DNA from: Thermodesulfobacteriota bacterium
Lineage (GTDB): Bacteria; Desulfobacterota; QYQD01
DNA: 64,000 nucleotides
Assembly: GCA_040755415.1 (NCBI GenBank)
Contig: JBFMAZ010000082.1
Span: forward strand, 66,296 to 130,295
Direction: 5' to 3'
Shown here: one piece after another, positions 19,472-29,700 of the stretch
Layout: each line of letters begins with the position of its first letter
How positions within the stretch are numbered: the first letter of the stretch is position 1
Notes under the pieces: model-generated
What the model was told of the DNA's origin: nothing
Seen by the model: only the letters and a program-made list of their open reading frames with translations
Databases searched by the model: none
Made by a program: the position numbers and the translations under genes

Positions 19472-21796
19472 TCATACTTTTATAAGTTTAGCCCGCGTTC
19501 CCCACCACACAGCCAGGCCAGTCACCGGGTCTAATTCTGGCTCGAGTACCTCATAGGCATTAACGCCTTTTCCAGTCAAAAACGGGTCATCGTTGCTATG
19601 TCCCAGTCCGAGGGGGATGCCGATAACATCCGGCATCATACCCACATCCAGGTGAACACGAACTGATAATCTTCCGGTAGGACATTGAACTGCAGCCGCA
19701 TCCCCTTCAACCAGTCTCAACCGGCCGGCCGTCTCTGGATTTACCCGAACCAAAAGGTCATGTTTCTGAAGAACAGTGTTATCGATATTTTTTGTTAGAT
19801 AGGGTAGCGTGTCCACTGCTCTGCGATTTGCTATATTGATATTCTCATAAGCCACTAAAAGCATCGGAAACTCTCGAGAAGCCTTCATCCAGCTTACCGG
19901 CTCAAGGTGCGGTGTCTGGCCCTGAGAATTAAATGTAAGCCCCCCGCCTCCAAATATCGGCTCCTCATACCAGCACTTCCCGGCGTTGAGACCTTCCCAT
20001 AGCTCATCTGGCGAGCCAAGCATGGCCACTTCCTGATCCCCGATCCGGCCTCGTCTGGAGGCAAAAATCCCCCCGACTTTTTCCTTAAGTAAGGCCTCAA
20101 AGTTATCCCAGGGCAGCGAGCTACCGACGCTTCCGCCCATGGCCTTGGCCAGGGGCAGGAAGACATCTCCGGGATGCCTGGCCTCAGGTACATTAGCCAG
20201 AACGGGACGGGTCAAACTTAGGGAGGCGTAAGGAACCCGGGCTGCCGAGGTTACATCCTCCAGCCTTTCCAGATAGGAAGCAACCGGAAGAATAATATCT
20301 GCTGAGAGGGTGGTTTCATTCATGCAACTCGTAAGGGCCAACACAAAGGGCACTGTCGCCACTGCTTCCTTGAACTTATGGGCCCTGGGCAGCGCATAGC
20401 ACGGATTGGCTTCGTGGACCACCAGGGCATTAACCGCGCCACCTTTAAGCGCTGCGGTCAAGTTATGTGCCATGCCAATACTATGTTTAATCTCCCCGCC
20501 TTCCCCATCGATCCGGGGCTGGGAGAGTCCCTGCTCGGCTACCGCATCTGTTACCAACGCCGGCCAGGAACTAAACGGCACCTCCCGCTGTACAACCACC
20601 CCGCCCTTTGCGCCGATACTGCCTACCAGGGCGTTGAGACTATAGATGCTCATAAATTCTGCCAGGTTACCGGACATCACTCCCTGGCCGCGGCCATAGA
20701 CCGCAACCGCAGGCTTTGTTACGGCAAATGCACGCGCCGTATCAGCAATAATGGTCGCCGGAATGCCCGTTATATCCGAGACCTTATGGAGGTTATATTC
20801 ACTCTCAAGGAGCGCCTTGAATCCTTCAAATCCCTGGCAACGCGCGACGGATGACCGGTCATATAGCCCTTCCGTAACGATGACGTTAGCCATGCCCAGG
20901 GCCAGAGCAGCCTCAGTCCCGGGCTTTACCGCCAGCCACTTATCCGCCTTGGAGGCGGTAACAGAACAGTTTGGTTCTATCTGCACCAGCGTGTGCTCGT
21001 TCGCCTCCTGCCATTTTCTAAACACCATCATGTTATGGACCGGGGCACCCCAGCCTTCCAGTAACGCCACCCCAAAAGACAGCACGAATTTGCTGTTTTC
21101 CAGGTCATAGGCCAGATGCCCGCCTGTTCCCTGCATCAATGACAGGCCTACGGTCTCAACGTCCTCCTGTGAGGGCATAGTAATTACATTGGGAGAACCA
21201 TAGGCACGGAAGAACCGCTCCATTAATTCCGCAGTCAGTCCTTTCTTGCTATCCAGAATACAGGCTACTGTATGCGGATTACCGGCTTCCCGTATTTCCC
21301 TTAATTTTCCGGTCACTATATTAAGGGCCTCATCCCAGGTAATCTTTTTCCAGGTGGCCTCACCTTCTCCCTTGGGATTTGTCCTCTTAAGCGGAGCGGT
21401 TATACGGTTTGCCCCGTATAGGAGCTGCAGGCCGGCTGCTCCCAGCGGGCAAATCCCTCCCTGGTTTACCGGGTGGTCAGGGTTACCGGCAATCTTAACC
21501 GCCCGCAGTGGCACCGCCGGAAGCCTGCGCCTTTGTATAAATTCTTTATGATGCCAGCCCCGCCACTCATCCCGGCCCGACTTGTCCTCAACCAGCCGCA
21601 GGGTTATCCCGCAGCCTCCCGGACAAAGCCGGCAGGTGCTATGGACAAATGAAGACGGTCCTTTAGCTGGCTCCGGGGCCCAAAGGTCGGTAAATTTAGC
21701 TGATTCGTCGATCAGGTCCCAGGGTATGGGTGTAGCCAGGGTTCCTATCGCACCTCCGACAGCAAATTTCAGGAATCCTCTCCGATCTAATTTCAT
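19472..21796 (-). CDS. Molybdopterin-oxidoreductase-family (MopB) catalytic subunit with Tat signal.
   Basis: MKLDRRGFLKFAVGGAIGTLA twin-arginine signal; N-terminal CRLCPGGCGI FS0 cluster motif; 774 aa. Confidence 0.8.
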   Translation of the reverse strand: MKLDRRGFLKFAVGGAIGTLATPIPWDLIDESAKFTDLWAPEPAKGPSSFVHSTCRLCPGGCGITLRLVEDKSGRDEWRGWHHKEFIQRRRLPAVPLRAVKIAGNPDHPVNQGGICPLGAAGLQLLYGANRITAPLKRTNPKGEGEATWKKITWDEALNIVTGKLREIREAGNPHTVACILDSKKGLTAELMERFFRAYGSPNVITMPSQEDVETVGLSLMQGTGGHLAYDLENSKFVLSFGVALLEGWGAPVHNMMVFRKWQEANEHTLVQIEPNCSVTASKADKWLAVKPGTEAALALGMANVIVTEGLYDRSSVARCQGFEGFKALLESEYNLHKVSDITGIPATIIADTARAFAVTKPAVAVYGRGQGVMSGNLAEFMSIYSLNALVGSIGAKGGVVVQREVPFSSWPALVTDAVAEQGLSQPRIDGEGGEIKHSIGMAHNLTAALKGGAVNALVVHEANPCYALPRAHKFKEAVATVPFVLALTSCMNETTLSADIILPVASYLERLEDVTSAARVPYASLSLTRPVLANVPEARHPGDVFLPLAKAMGGSVGSSLPWDNFEALLKEKVGGIFASRRGRIGDQEVAMLGSPDELWEGLNAGKCWYEEPIFGGGGLTFNSQGQTPHLEPVSWMKASREFPMLLVAYENINIANRRAVDTLPYLTKNIDNTVLQKHDLLVRVNPETAGRLRLVEGDAAAVQCPTGRLSVRVHLDVGMMPDVIGIPLGLGHSNDDPFLTGKGVNAYEVLEPELDPVTGLAVWWGTRAKLIKV

Positions 21797-21840
21797 AGGT
21801 TAACCCTCTTCAAGACTTTTGGTTAAACGAGCTCCCAACA

Positions 21841-22440
21841 TCATTTATGACACACAAAGCAGGCGTTGCTCGTGCCTTTTTTGGCGTGACAATCCTCACA
21901 CTCTTCCATGGACATGGTATCCTTGCTATAGCCGGATATTCTATAGACCTTTGCCGGAGGACTGCTGGTGGATTTGCTCATATCCTCATGGCATGCTGTG
22001 CATTCCAGTTGAGCCATCTTGACATGAGCGGCATGGGAAAAGAAGACACACAATGGCTGATAGGAATAACTAAGCCACGGGATCTCCTTGTTAGGCGTGA
22101 CATACTGTTCGACCAGCTTGGCCTCATCCGGACTCTCACCCTGCGCCGATGCATGACACTGGATGCAATTGTCCAGCCTGGGAATGCCGGTAAAGCTGCC
22201 ATCTTCGCGAAACGTGTGGCAACTGTCACAGGCCAACCCCGCTCCCTCTGCACCGTGCACCTTATGATTGAAATTAATAGGTTGAGGCTTCGAAGACATG
22301 ACAATAGCCGGGTAAAGAAGCCAGCCAACCACAATGGCTACTACAAAACCAACAGCCAGCATACCTAACCCCCCGCTGGCCTGCTTGTGCCCCCCTTCTC
22401 TTCCACCACTCGTTGCGTGCTCTTCAGACATCTTGGTCAA
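21841..22440 (-). CDS. Membrane-anchored pentaheme c-type cytochrome (QrcA/ActA-like).
   Basis: Five CxxCH motifs (CDSCH, CIQCH, CTACH, CEDCH, CFVCH) and an N-terminal TM helix. Confidence 0.75.
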   Translation of the reverse strand: MTKMSEEHATSGGREGGHKQASGGLGMLAVGFVVAIVVGWLLYPAIVMSSKPQPINFNHKVHGAEGAGLACDSCHTFREDGSFTGIPRLDNCIQCHASAQGESPDEAKLVEQYVTPNKEIPWLSYSYQPLCVFFSHAAHVKMAQLECTACHEDMSKSTSSPPAKVYRISGYSKDTMSMEECEDCHAKKGTSNACFVCHK

Positions 22441-22469
22441 GCCTCCCCCTTATACCTTTAGCTGCGACT

Positions 22470-22500
22470 CTTTTATAACCATCCCTTATATTTGTCAAGC
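22470..22500 (-). promoter_or_regulatory. Putative sigma70 promoter of the cytochrome/oxidoreductase operon.
   Basis: On the minus strand: TTGACA, 15 nt, TATAAA, about 40 nt upstream of the cytochrome start. Confidence 0.3.
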
Positions 22501-22612
22501 GAAATTTGAATGAGGCCTCATTTCGTAACCTTATAAAACAGCTTCTATTCAGCCACTAATACACAAAGACACTAAGGGTATAGAATGGTTTGGTGACTTT
22601 GTGGCTAAATAG

Positions 22613-24202
22613 CTACAAGATATCCAACAATCTCTTGTGGATATTGTCAAAACCGCCATTGGACATAATGGCAATGACATCCCCTCCCCTGGCATATTCC
22701 TTCAAAAATCCTAATATGCCGTCTGTATCAGGAAAATAATAGGCGGTCCGGCCCCGTGTCTTTAAATCCTCAACCAGGTTCCCGGAAGAGAAACGATCCT
22801 GTTCCGGGATATTCTCCAGACCAGGCGGTTCACGCACAATTATGGAATCAGCCGCATCAAATGAAAGGGCATAATCATCCTGAAATACCCTGCGCCGGCT
22901 GGAATTGGTCCTTGGTTCAAAAACCGCTATCAAACGCCTCCCCGGATAAGCAGCCCTCAGGGCCAGAAGGGTCTCGTGCACGGCCGTAGGGTGGTGGGCA
23001 AAATCGTCGATGACCGTGACACCATTCTTTATACCCCTTACCTCCTGCCGGCGGCATACCCCCTGGAAGGAAGACAGCCCGGCCTGAATCGCCTCCGGCG
23101 CAAGGCCTATCCTGTCCAATACCGCTATGACCGCCAGGGTGTTCAGGGCATTGTGCCTGCCTATAAGCGGACTGGTGAATCTGGCATAAAATCCGCCCTC
23201 TTTTTTAACGGAAACCTTCGCTCCTTCTCCTTCAGTCAGACAATCTGTCAGGGTCCATAGCCGGTCTTTATCTTCACCTGAAAATCCCCCTGTATCCCCC
23301 TTTTCCAAAGGGGGAATTGATGAGGTATCGTCTTTTTCCAAAGAGGAGCTGAACGTATTCCCCCCTTTAGTAAAGGGGGGGGAGGGGGGATTATTTCCTT
23401 TGTCCTTTGTCCGCCGTAGGCGGATGTGTGTTTCACCGTATCCTATAACCGGGCAGGAGGCATCCTTAATAACCTCTCTTACTATCCCGTCCTCCGTATG
23501 CGCCACCAGGACGCCTGATGAGGGGATAATCCGGACAAAACGCCGGAAGGCATCCTTTACCTCTGCCAGATCCCGGTAGATATCGGCATGATCGAACTCC
23601 ACGCTGGTCAATATGGCTATGTGGGGCTGGTAGTGCAGGAACTTAGGCCCCTTATCAAAAAAGGCCGTATCGTATTCATCGCCTTCTATTACAAAATAAG
23701 GGCCCTGGCCCAGTTTATAATTGCGCCCAAACCCCTTGACGATACCCCCGATCATGAAACCAGGGTCCGACCCGGCATGTTCCAGTATGGCGGCCAGAAT
23801 GGAGGCCGTAGTGGTCTTTCCATGTGTTCCGGCCACCACCAGCGGGATTTTTCCCTTTAAGAACAGGTGACTCAACGCCTGGGGAAAAGAGACAAAGGGG
23901 ATCTTCTTTTCGGCCAGGCCGCGTACCTCTTCATTATCCCGGCGGATCACGTTGCCGACAATGACCAGATCAGGATGGTGATCCAGGTTATCCGGGCTAT
24001 AGTCCTGAAAGATTTTGATGCCGATAGAGGCCAGAAAAGTGCTCATAGGCGGATAGACCTGGGTATCAGAACCAGTGACCTCAAGGCCTTTCTCCTTAAG
24101 CATCCCGGCCAGAGCGCCCATGCCTGTCCCGCAGATACCCATAAGATGGACACTCTGCACCTTTTCCGGCACCTTATTTAAGCTCATATCCAATTCAGAC
24201 AT
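22613..24202 (-). CDS. mpl: UDP-N-acetylmuramate:L-alanyl-gamma-D-glutamyl-meso-diaminopimelate ligase (Mur ligase family, Mpl-like) carrying a 38-codon in-frame repeat insertion.
   Basis: HLMGICGTGMGALAGML N-terminus and GTHGKTTT P-loop typical of Mpl/MurC. A low-complexity insert KDKGNNPPSPPFTKGG...EKGDTGGFSGED is encoded by repeat copy B. Confidence 0.75.
   Translation of the reverse strand: MSELDMSLNKVPEKVQSVHLMGICGTGMGALAGMLKEKGLEVTGSDTQVYPPMSTFLASIGIKIFQDYSPDNLDHHPDLVIVGNVIRRDNEEVRGLAEKKIPFVSFPQALSHLFLKGKIPLVVAGTHGKTTTASILAAILEHAGSDPGFMIGGIVKGFGRNYKLGQGPYFVIEGDEYDTAFFDKGPKFLHYQPHIAILTSVEFDHADIYRDLAEVKDAFRRFVRIIPSSGVLVAHTEDGIVREVIKDASCPVIGYGETHIRLRRTKDKGNNPPSPPFTKGGNTFSSSLEKDDTSSIPPLEKGDTGGFSGEDKDRLWTLTDCLTEGEGAKVSVKKEGGFYARFTSPLIGRHNALNTLAVIAVLDRIGLAPEAIQAGLSSFQGVCRRQEVRGIKNGVTVIDDFAHHPTAVHETLLALRAAYPGRRLIAVFEPRTNSSRRRVFQDDYALSFDAADSIIVREPPGLENIPEQDRFSSGNLVEDLKTRGRTAYYFPDTDGILGFLKEYARGGDVIAIMSNGGFDNIHKRLLDIL
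23281..23394. repeat. MITE-like palindromic element (family 1), copy B, inside the mpl ORF and in frame (114 bp = 38 codons).
   Basis: The first 35 nt are identical to copy C (AAAATCCCCCTGTATCCCCCTTTTCCAAAGGGGGA). Three CCCCTTT/AAAGGGG hairpins. The mpl frame is maintained through it. Confidence 0.7.
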
Positions 24203-24261
24203 ATCTTGAGATCCTAATAATAAACGTAACAGGTTAGCCTTTTGTAACTTGTTCCAAATAC

Positions 24262-24442
24262 GGTGGATTTCGTGTCCGGTGCGATTTCAAATTCGAAATC
24301 CGAAGCACGAAACCCGAAACAATATCGAATGACCAAAACCCAAAATATCAAAACGAATTCTTTCCGCTGCAGTTTGGAACATTTTGAGATTTGAGAATTT
24401 GAATTTGTTTCGAATTTCGGTATTCGAATTTCGGATTTAGCC
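24262..24442. repeat. Inverted-repeat-rich intergenic element (TTCGAAATCCGAA / TTCGGATTTCGAA arms) between mpl and pgm.
   Basis: Left-arm motifs GATTTCAAATTCGAAATCCGAAGCACGAAACCCGAAAC have their reverse complements in right-arm motifs GTTTCGAATTTCGGTATTCGAATTTCGGATTT. ORF 24214..24462 across it is probably not coding. Confidence 0.5.
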
Positions 24443-24481
24443 TTTGTTCCTTTCAAAACCATGGGTCCCTTTTGAAAAAAC

Positions 24482-26215
24482 CTAAAGTGTTACTAACAAA
24501 CCTACCTTTTTCAACAGCCCTCTTGCCGCATCGAACAGATCTTTTTTACCCTCTTCAGTACGTGCCTCCACGTAAAATCTGACCTTGCGTTCCGTCCCGG
24601 AAGGCCGGATCAAAAGCCAGCTCCCGTCTGCAAAAACCATCTTATAGCCATCGATATCTATGAGTCGGCTAATAACCTTTTCATCGGTACCGACCCTTAG
24701 CCTCGCTCCAGGTACATACTGGGATAAGGCCTTAAGGGTAGCCGATAGCCCTTCTCCTTGTTGTGATACGACCACGGCATCCCGGGCGGCATAGAAATGA
24801 CCGAACTCACCTTGTACCTCCGCCAGATACTGGCCCAGATTCCGATCGAGATGAAGGGTCATGGCCAGGGCCAGGATAAGCCCTATATAGGCGTCCTTTT
24901 CCGGGGTATGCCCCTTTATGGTAATACCGTCGCTCTCTTCAAAACAGACTACGGCCCGGTCTATAACCGGCTTAAATTCCTTAAATCCAACCTTCGGCTC
25001 AAATACTTCTTCGCCCAATTGGGCGGCTATGGCATTGGCAAAATTGCTGGTAGCCACTGTCTTCGCCACCAGGCCCTTAATCCCTTTGACCTCGTGGAGA
25101 TAATGATAGGCCAGAGCCCCGAATTGATTCATCTCTACCTCTACCTGGCCGTCGGTAAACCGGATCCGGTCTGCATCCGGGTCCATGATAACCCCGAGTT
25201 TTAACCTTTCCTTGCAGGCCTTGAGCGTCTCGTTTACCAGGCGCATGTTTCTGCTGGACGGCTCCGGGGCCACGCCACCAAAAGTGGGGTCATCTTCTCC
25301 GCGGAGGATAATTAAGCGACTGGTTGAAACGCCGCCCAATAGGTCTTTGATGTGCACCCGGCTGGCGCCGTGCACGCAGTCCACGGCTACCACAACATCC
25401 TCTCTCCGGCCAAACTCTTCAACTACGGCATCATAGTCAATGTGGTGAATGCCCTTGTTTTTCCTGACCAGGCCCTTCCAGGTCTCCAGGGCATTAAACA
25501 GGCTTATGAGAGAGGAGTCAACGCCTTTCCTTACCGGCAGGTCTCCCTCTATGATCTCCTGCGCCCTCTCCTGAATAAACCTTGTAATCTCAGGCGCGGC
25601 CGGGCCGGCGTCAGCCGCATTAAACTTAAAACCGCCATACTCCAGGGGGTTGTGACTCGGGGTCAGATTGCAGGAAAAGGCCGCTGCCAACTCCACAACC
25701 GCAGCGGAAAGGACACCGGTGGTGGACTCACCGGCAAAGTGAACCCGGAAGCCGTGGGCAGTCAATACCTCTGCCACGGCCTGGGCAAATATCTCACCGC
25801 CGAAACGATTGTCATAGCCCAGGACACAGCCCCGTTCCCTGGCCTCTTTATAGCTACCCACCCCCAGACTCGAACCCAACGCCGAACCGTTGTCCAAACT
25901 TTTGTACATATCAACTATGGCCTGGGCCACCTGGCCTACCGACTTGACCGTCAGGTCTTTCCCGATGATGCCGCGCCAGCCCGAGGTCCCGAACTTGACC
26001 GGCGATATGGGCCTGGCTTGCGAAGTCAGTATTTCGTCCCTGACCAGGGAATAAATAGCGTCGATCTCCTTTTGATAAAAGGCCCTGTTATCCGGATCGG
26101 TATTTCTTAACTTCACCAGTTCAGAAATAGCCGCAAAATAGTCACTCCCGCCATGATCGCCCGGCTTAATGTATTTATCTCTGATTTCTTTGCTCATACC
26201 CTCACAGCGCATCAT
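24482..26215 (-). CDS. pgm: Phosphoglucomutase (alpha-D-phosphohexomutase family).
   Basis: KFGTSGWRG N-terminal motif and active-site TPSHNP. The likely start is the MM doublet at 26215 (AGGGA RBS), not the ORF-track start at 26290. Confidence 0.8.
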   Translation of the reverse strand: MMRCEGMSKEIRDKYIKPGDHGGSDYFAAISELVKLRNTDPDNRAFYQKEIDAIYSLVRDEILTSQARPISPVKFGTSGWRGIIGKDLTVKSVGQVAQAIVDMYKSLDNGSALGSSLGVGSYKEARERGCVLGYDNRFGGEIFAQAVAEVLTAHGFRVHFAGESTTGVLSAAVVELAAAFSCNLTPSHNPLEYGGFKFNAADAGPAAPEITRFIQERAQEIIEGDLPVRKGVDSSLISLFNALETWKGLVRKNKGIHHIDYDAVVEEFGRREDVVVAVDCVHGASRVHIKDLLGGVSTSRLIILRGEDDPTFGGVAPEPSSRNMRLVNETLKACKERLKLGVIMDPDADRIRFTDGQVEVEMNQFGALAYHYLHEVKGIKGLVAKTVATSNFANAIAAQLGEEVFEPKVGFKEFKPVIDRAVVCFEESDGITIKGHTPEKDAYIGLILALAMTLHLDRNLGQYLAEVQGEFGHFYAARDAVVVSQQGEGLSATLKALSQYVPGARLRVGTDEKVISRLIDIDGYKMVFADGSWLLIRPSGTERKVRFYVEARTEEGKKDLFDAARGLLKKVGLLVTL

Positions 26216-26748
26216 TATATAATTATCCCTAACAGATTTTTCAATATTGTCCAAAGCTAACCACAGGGACACAGAGAAAAAATAGGTCATTTCCTATTAC
26301 CAATTTCATTACCTAATTCATTCGGTATTACCCAATTCCCAGATTTCAGTCTTACGCCATTTTACATTCTGGCCTCGGGTAATACATTCCTCTCCCAAAT
26401 CCGACAGATACCAAGCCGTGGATGCCGGAATGGTTTCGAATTTTTCAGAAAAAAGCCGCAAGGTCATCATCCCTCGTTTCCTGCCTTTCGTGTGTTTCGT
26501 AGTCTCTTCATAAGTCCTCACCCCTAACAGATTATCCTATTCCTCAGCTCAATTTCGGCTCATTTTTGGCTCATCAGCGGCGCACGGAACGCTTCTGAGA
26601 TTATAAGCCACCATAGATTTCTTCTTAAATAATGGTCAGGCCAACTCGAATCCCACCCGCCCCTGGCGGACACCTCGGGGTGCCCGAAGAGTATAAACTT
26701 ATGAACGAATGAGTGTCCCCAAATACCCACTCTTTTTATTATGAAACC

Positions 26749-29700
26749 CTAGGCAGCCGTGGCATAGGCGCTCCGCCCAGCGCCGTAGTAATTGTCGTAA
26801 ATATGTTGATAGACATTATGGCATTTTTCGGAAAACATGGTTTTGTCATACACATCCGGAAGCTTATCGTCTAGCACCTCCTCTATCGAAACCCTCACCT
26901 GCGCCCTGTTCTGCGCCTGTTTACGCCAATCCAGAACTAGCTTCTCACGTTTGAGTGTTTCCAGGAGATCCTTAGCCGCTATCTTAACCTGCTTCATTTC
27001 TTTTGCTGTAAGCTTCGTATCCGGCTTGGTCAGGATGTCGAAGATTGCCAGTTCTTCTTCGGTCAGACCTTCGCGCATACTGCGTTGCTCTTCCTCAGAA
27101 AGTTCCTTGGCAAATTCGATGAGTTTTTTGAAGAAAGCCTCGGTGCTGTGTGCACCCAGATTGTATTCCTCAATCAACTTACGCAATCGTTCAAGCAAAT
27201 CAAGCCGTGATTTGTTCAGGCGTACCATATAGTTCAGCTTTTGTTCCAACAGGTTCTTAAGCCGTTCTGCCTCGATTCGTCTTCGGCCTGCTAAAATCTT
27301 ACTTTCAATGGAACCAAAATCGATCTGGTTCAGGTCAATCAGGTGTCCGGTAGAATTGATTGGCGCTGGGATTACATAACCCTCTGCCACGATAGACTGA
27401 TCCAGCAGTTCTTCGACTTCCCGGCGGACCTGGTCCAAGGCCTCTTCATCCCCGCCATTTCCCTCGCCGGTCGCCCGGCGTATAGCTTCCACCAGCATTA
27501 TAAGTAACGCCCGGTCCGCAGCAAACCGGTTTACGGCCTTATCCGGCAGGATAGCCTTGTAGAGGGTATTGATCCGGTTTACCAAGGCGCGGAATTGGTC
27601 TTTGTTAGCAGGGGTTGCAAGCAATTTCTCGACAGCCTCTTCAATGAGCGCCAGCTTTTCAAACGCTGCGGCCCTGGTACTTTGTATTTCTGCAAGCTTA
27701 ATCCCCTGCCCGGCGCAGAAGGTTTTCGCCTCTTCAACTGTCTTCGCCAGCGCCTCGATGAGTTTTTCCTTAAATTCGATGGGTCTGTCCCCTTCCTGGA
27801 TCCTGCCACCCGCCCCGGAGCCATAAATGGCAAGGGCTTTTTCAAGGTTCCGGAACACACCTATATAGTCCACAATAAGACCATTGTTCTTTCCGGGAAA
27901 TACGCGGTTGGCCCGGGCAATAGTCTGCATTAGGGTATGGTTACGCATCGGTTTATCCAGATAAATCGTCGAGCAGGCCGGTGCGTCGAATCCAGTCATC
28001 CACATAGCACACAAAAAGACTATGCGCAGCGGATCAGCGGAATCCTTGAACTTGACGTCAAGCTGTTCGTTTTTCATTCGCTTACGGTGGGTCAGGATAT
28101 CCAGCCCCAGCTTTTCGAATTGCCTGACTTCGTTTTGCGATTGGGAAACCACGACCGCCATATCGGTCTCCTGCATGAACCTGATCTTGCGTCTTAAGTC
28201 CTCTTCTTCCCATCTATCCTTTTTGTACTCTTGGTTTTGGATTTTCTTTAAATACGCCTTCCAGTACTTCTGCACCTTGTCATACATTCGCACCGCAGTC
28301 GCCTTATCAATGGAAACCACCATAGCCTTACCCGCAAAGCCGCGGCCCAGGAAGTGTTCGACGATGTCGGCGGCAATCTTTTCCAGGCGGTCGTCACGGG
28401 TAATCAGGTGATAATCCCGGGCGAATTCCCGTTGCAGCTTCTCTTCCTGATCCGGGTTCAGCTCAGCCTCTTCCAGTATCCGCGCCAGATCCTGGTCCAG
28501 ATTCTCGTTAATGAGCTGGAGCTCGGGGATACGGTTCTCGTAGTAAAGCGGGACGGTGGCGTTGTCTTCGATGGCCTGGCGGAAGTTGTAGATGCTGACA
28601 TATTCACCAAACACCTCGCGCGTCTTTTCCTCGCCGACAATAAGGGGTGTGCCCGTAAATCCGATGAAGGCGGCATAGGGGAGCGCATTACGCATATTCA
28701 GCGCGAAGATGTCGTACTGGCTGCGGTGGGCCTCGTCAGTCATGACGATCACGTCCGACCGATCCGACAGTTTCGGGTAGATTCCGCCCCGCTCGGTGTG
28801 AAATTTCTGAATAAGAGTAAAGATATAGCGATGGTCTTCGCGGAGCAGTTGCTTGAGATCCTCACCGCTATCGGCCCGCGCCTGCTTCTCGGTAACCGCC
28901 CCGGTTGACGCGAAGTTCTTATAGATTTGCTCATCCAGTTCCAGGCGGTCGGTGATGATTACAAAGGTCCAATTGCCCGGCAGCTTGCGCAGGACCTTCT
29001 GGGAAAAGAAGACCATGGAGAAACTCTTGCCGCTCCCCTGGGTATGCCAGAAAACACCCAGCCGCCCGCGGTTTTCCCTGTGATTCTGGACGGTCCGGAT
29101 GGCCTGGTGGACGCCAAGATACTGGTGGTACCTGGCTATGAGCTTGATTGTGCCGCCCTGTATCTCCTGAAAAAGGAGGAAATTTTCGACAATATCCAGG
29201 AGCCGCGCCGGTTCACAGGTACCTCGGAGCGCAGTTTCCAGGCTGACCCTGCCGGTTTCACCCTCGTCGTTGATCTTCTTCCATTCCGTGAAATGCTCCC
29301 ATTCGGCAGTAATAGTGCCTATGCTGGTCTGGCTGCCGTTCGAAAGGATGATAAAAGCATTGTACCAGAAAAGTTGCGGAATAGTTGTTTTGTAGTCGGC
29401 TAGGTTGTCGTCGTAGGCATTTTTGAGATTCTTGTGGGCGGCTTTGAGCTCGATAAAGACCAATGGAATGCCGTTTACAAACCCCAGAAGATCAGTTCGC
29501 CGGGTATAGACCTCACCTGTCACCCAAAACTGTGAGGCAAGAAAAAAGTCATTGTTGTTCGGATTGTCCCAGTCAATAAAACGGATCGTATAATCTTCAA
29601 TCTCACCGGCCTTGCCGGTTTGTACCTGGACCAGGTAGCCGTCTTTAAGTAGCTTGTATACCTCGCGATTTGCCGCTACCGGACTCATGGCGCTATGGTC

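Noticed and set aside
24214-24462. 82-aa ORF predicted in the mpl-pgm intergenic region.
   Set aside because: It lies entirely within a low-complexity inverted-repeat element with no RBS or coding periodicity, so it is probably not a gene.
26318-26521. 67-aa ORF upstream of pgm.
   Set aside because: GTG start with no spacing to a Shine-Dalgarno-like sequence and no recognisable family. The region instead shows ATTACC iterations and a GTATTACCC/GGGTAATAC inverted repeat, possibly regulatory.
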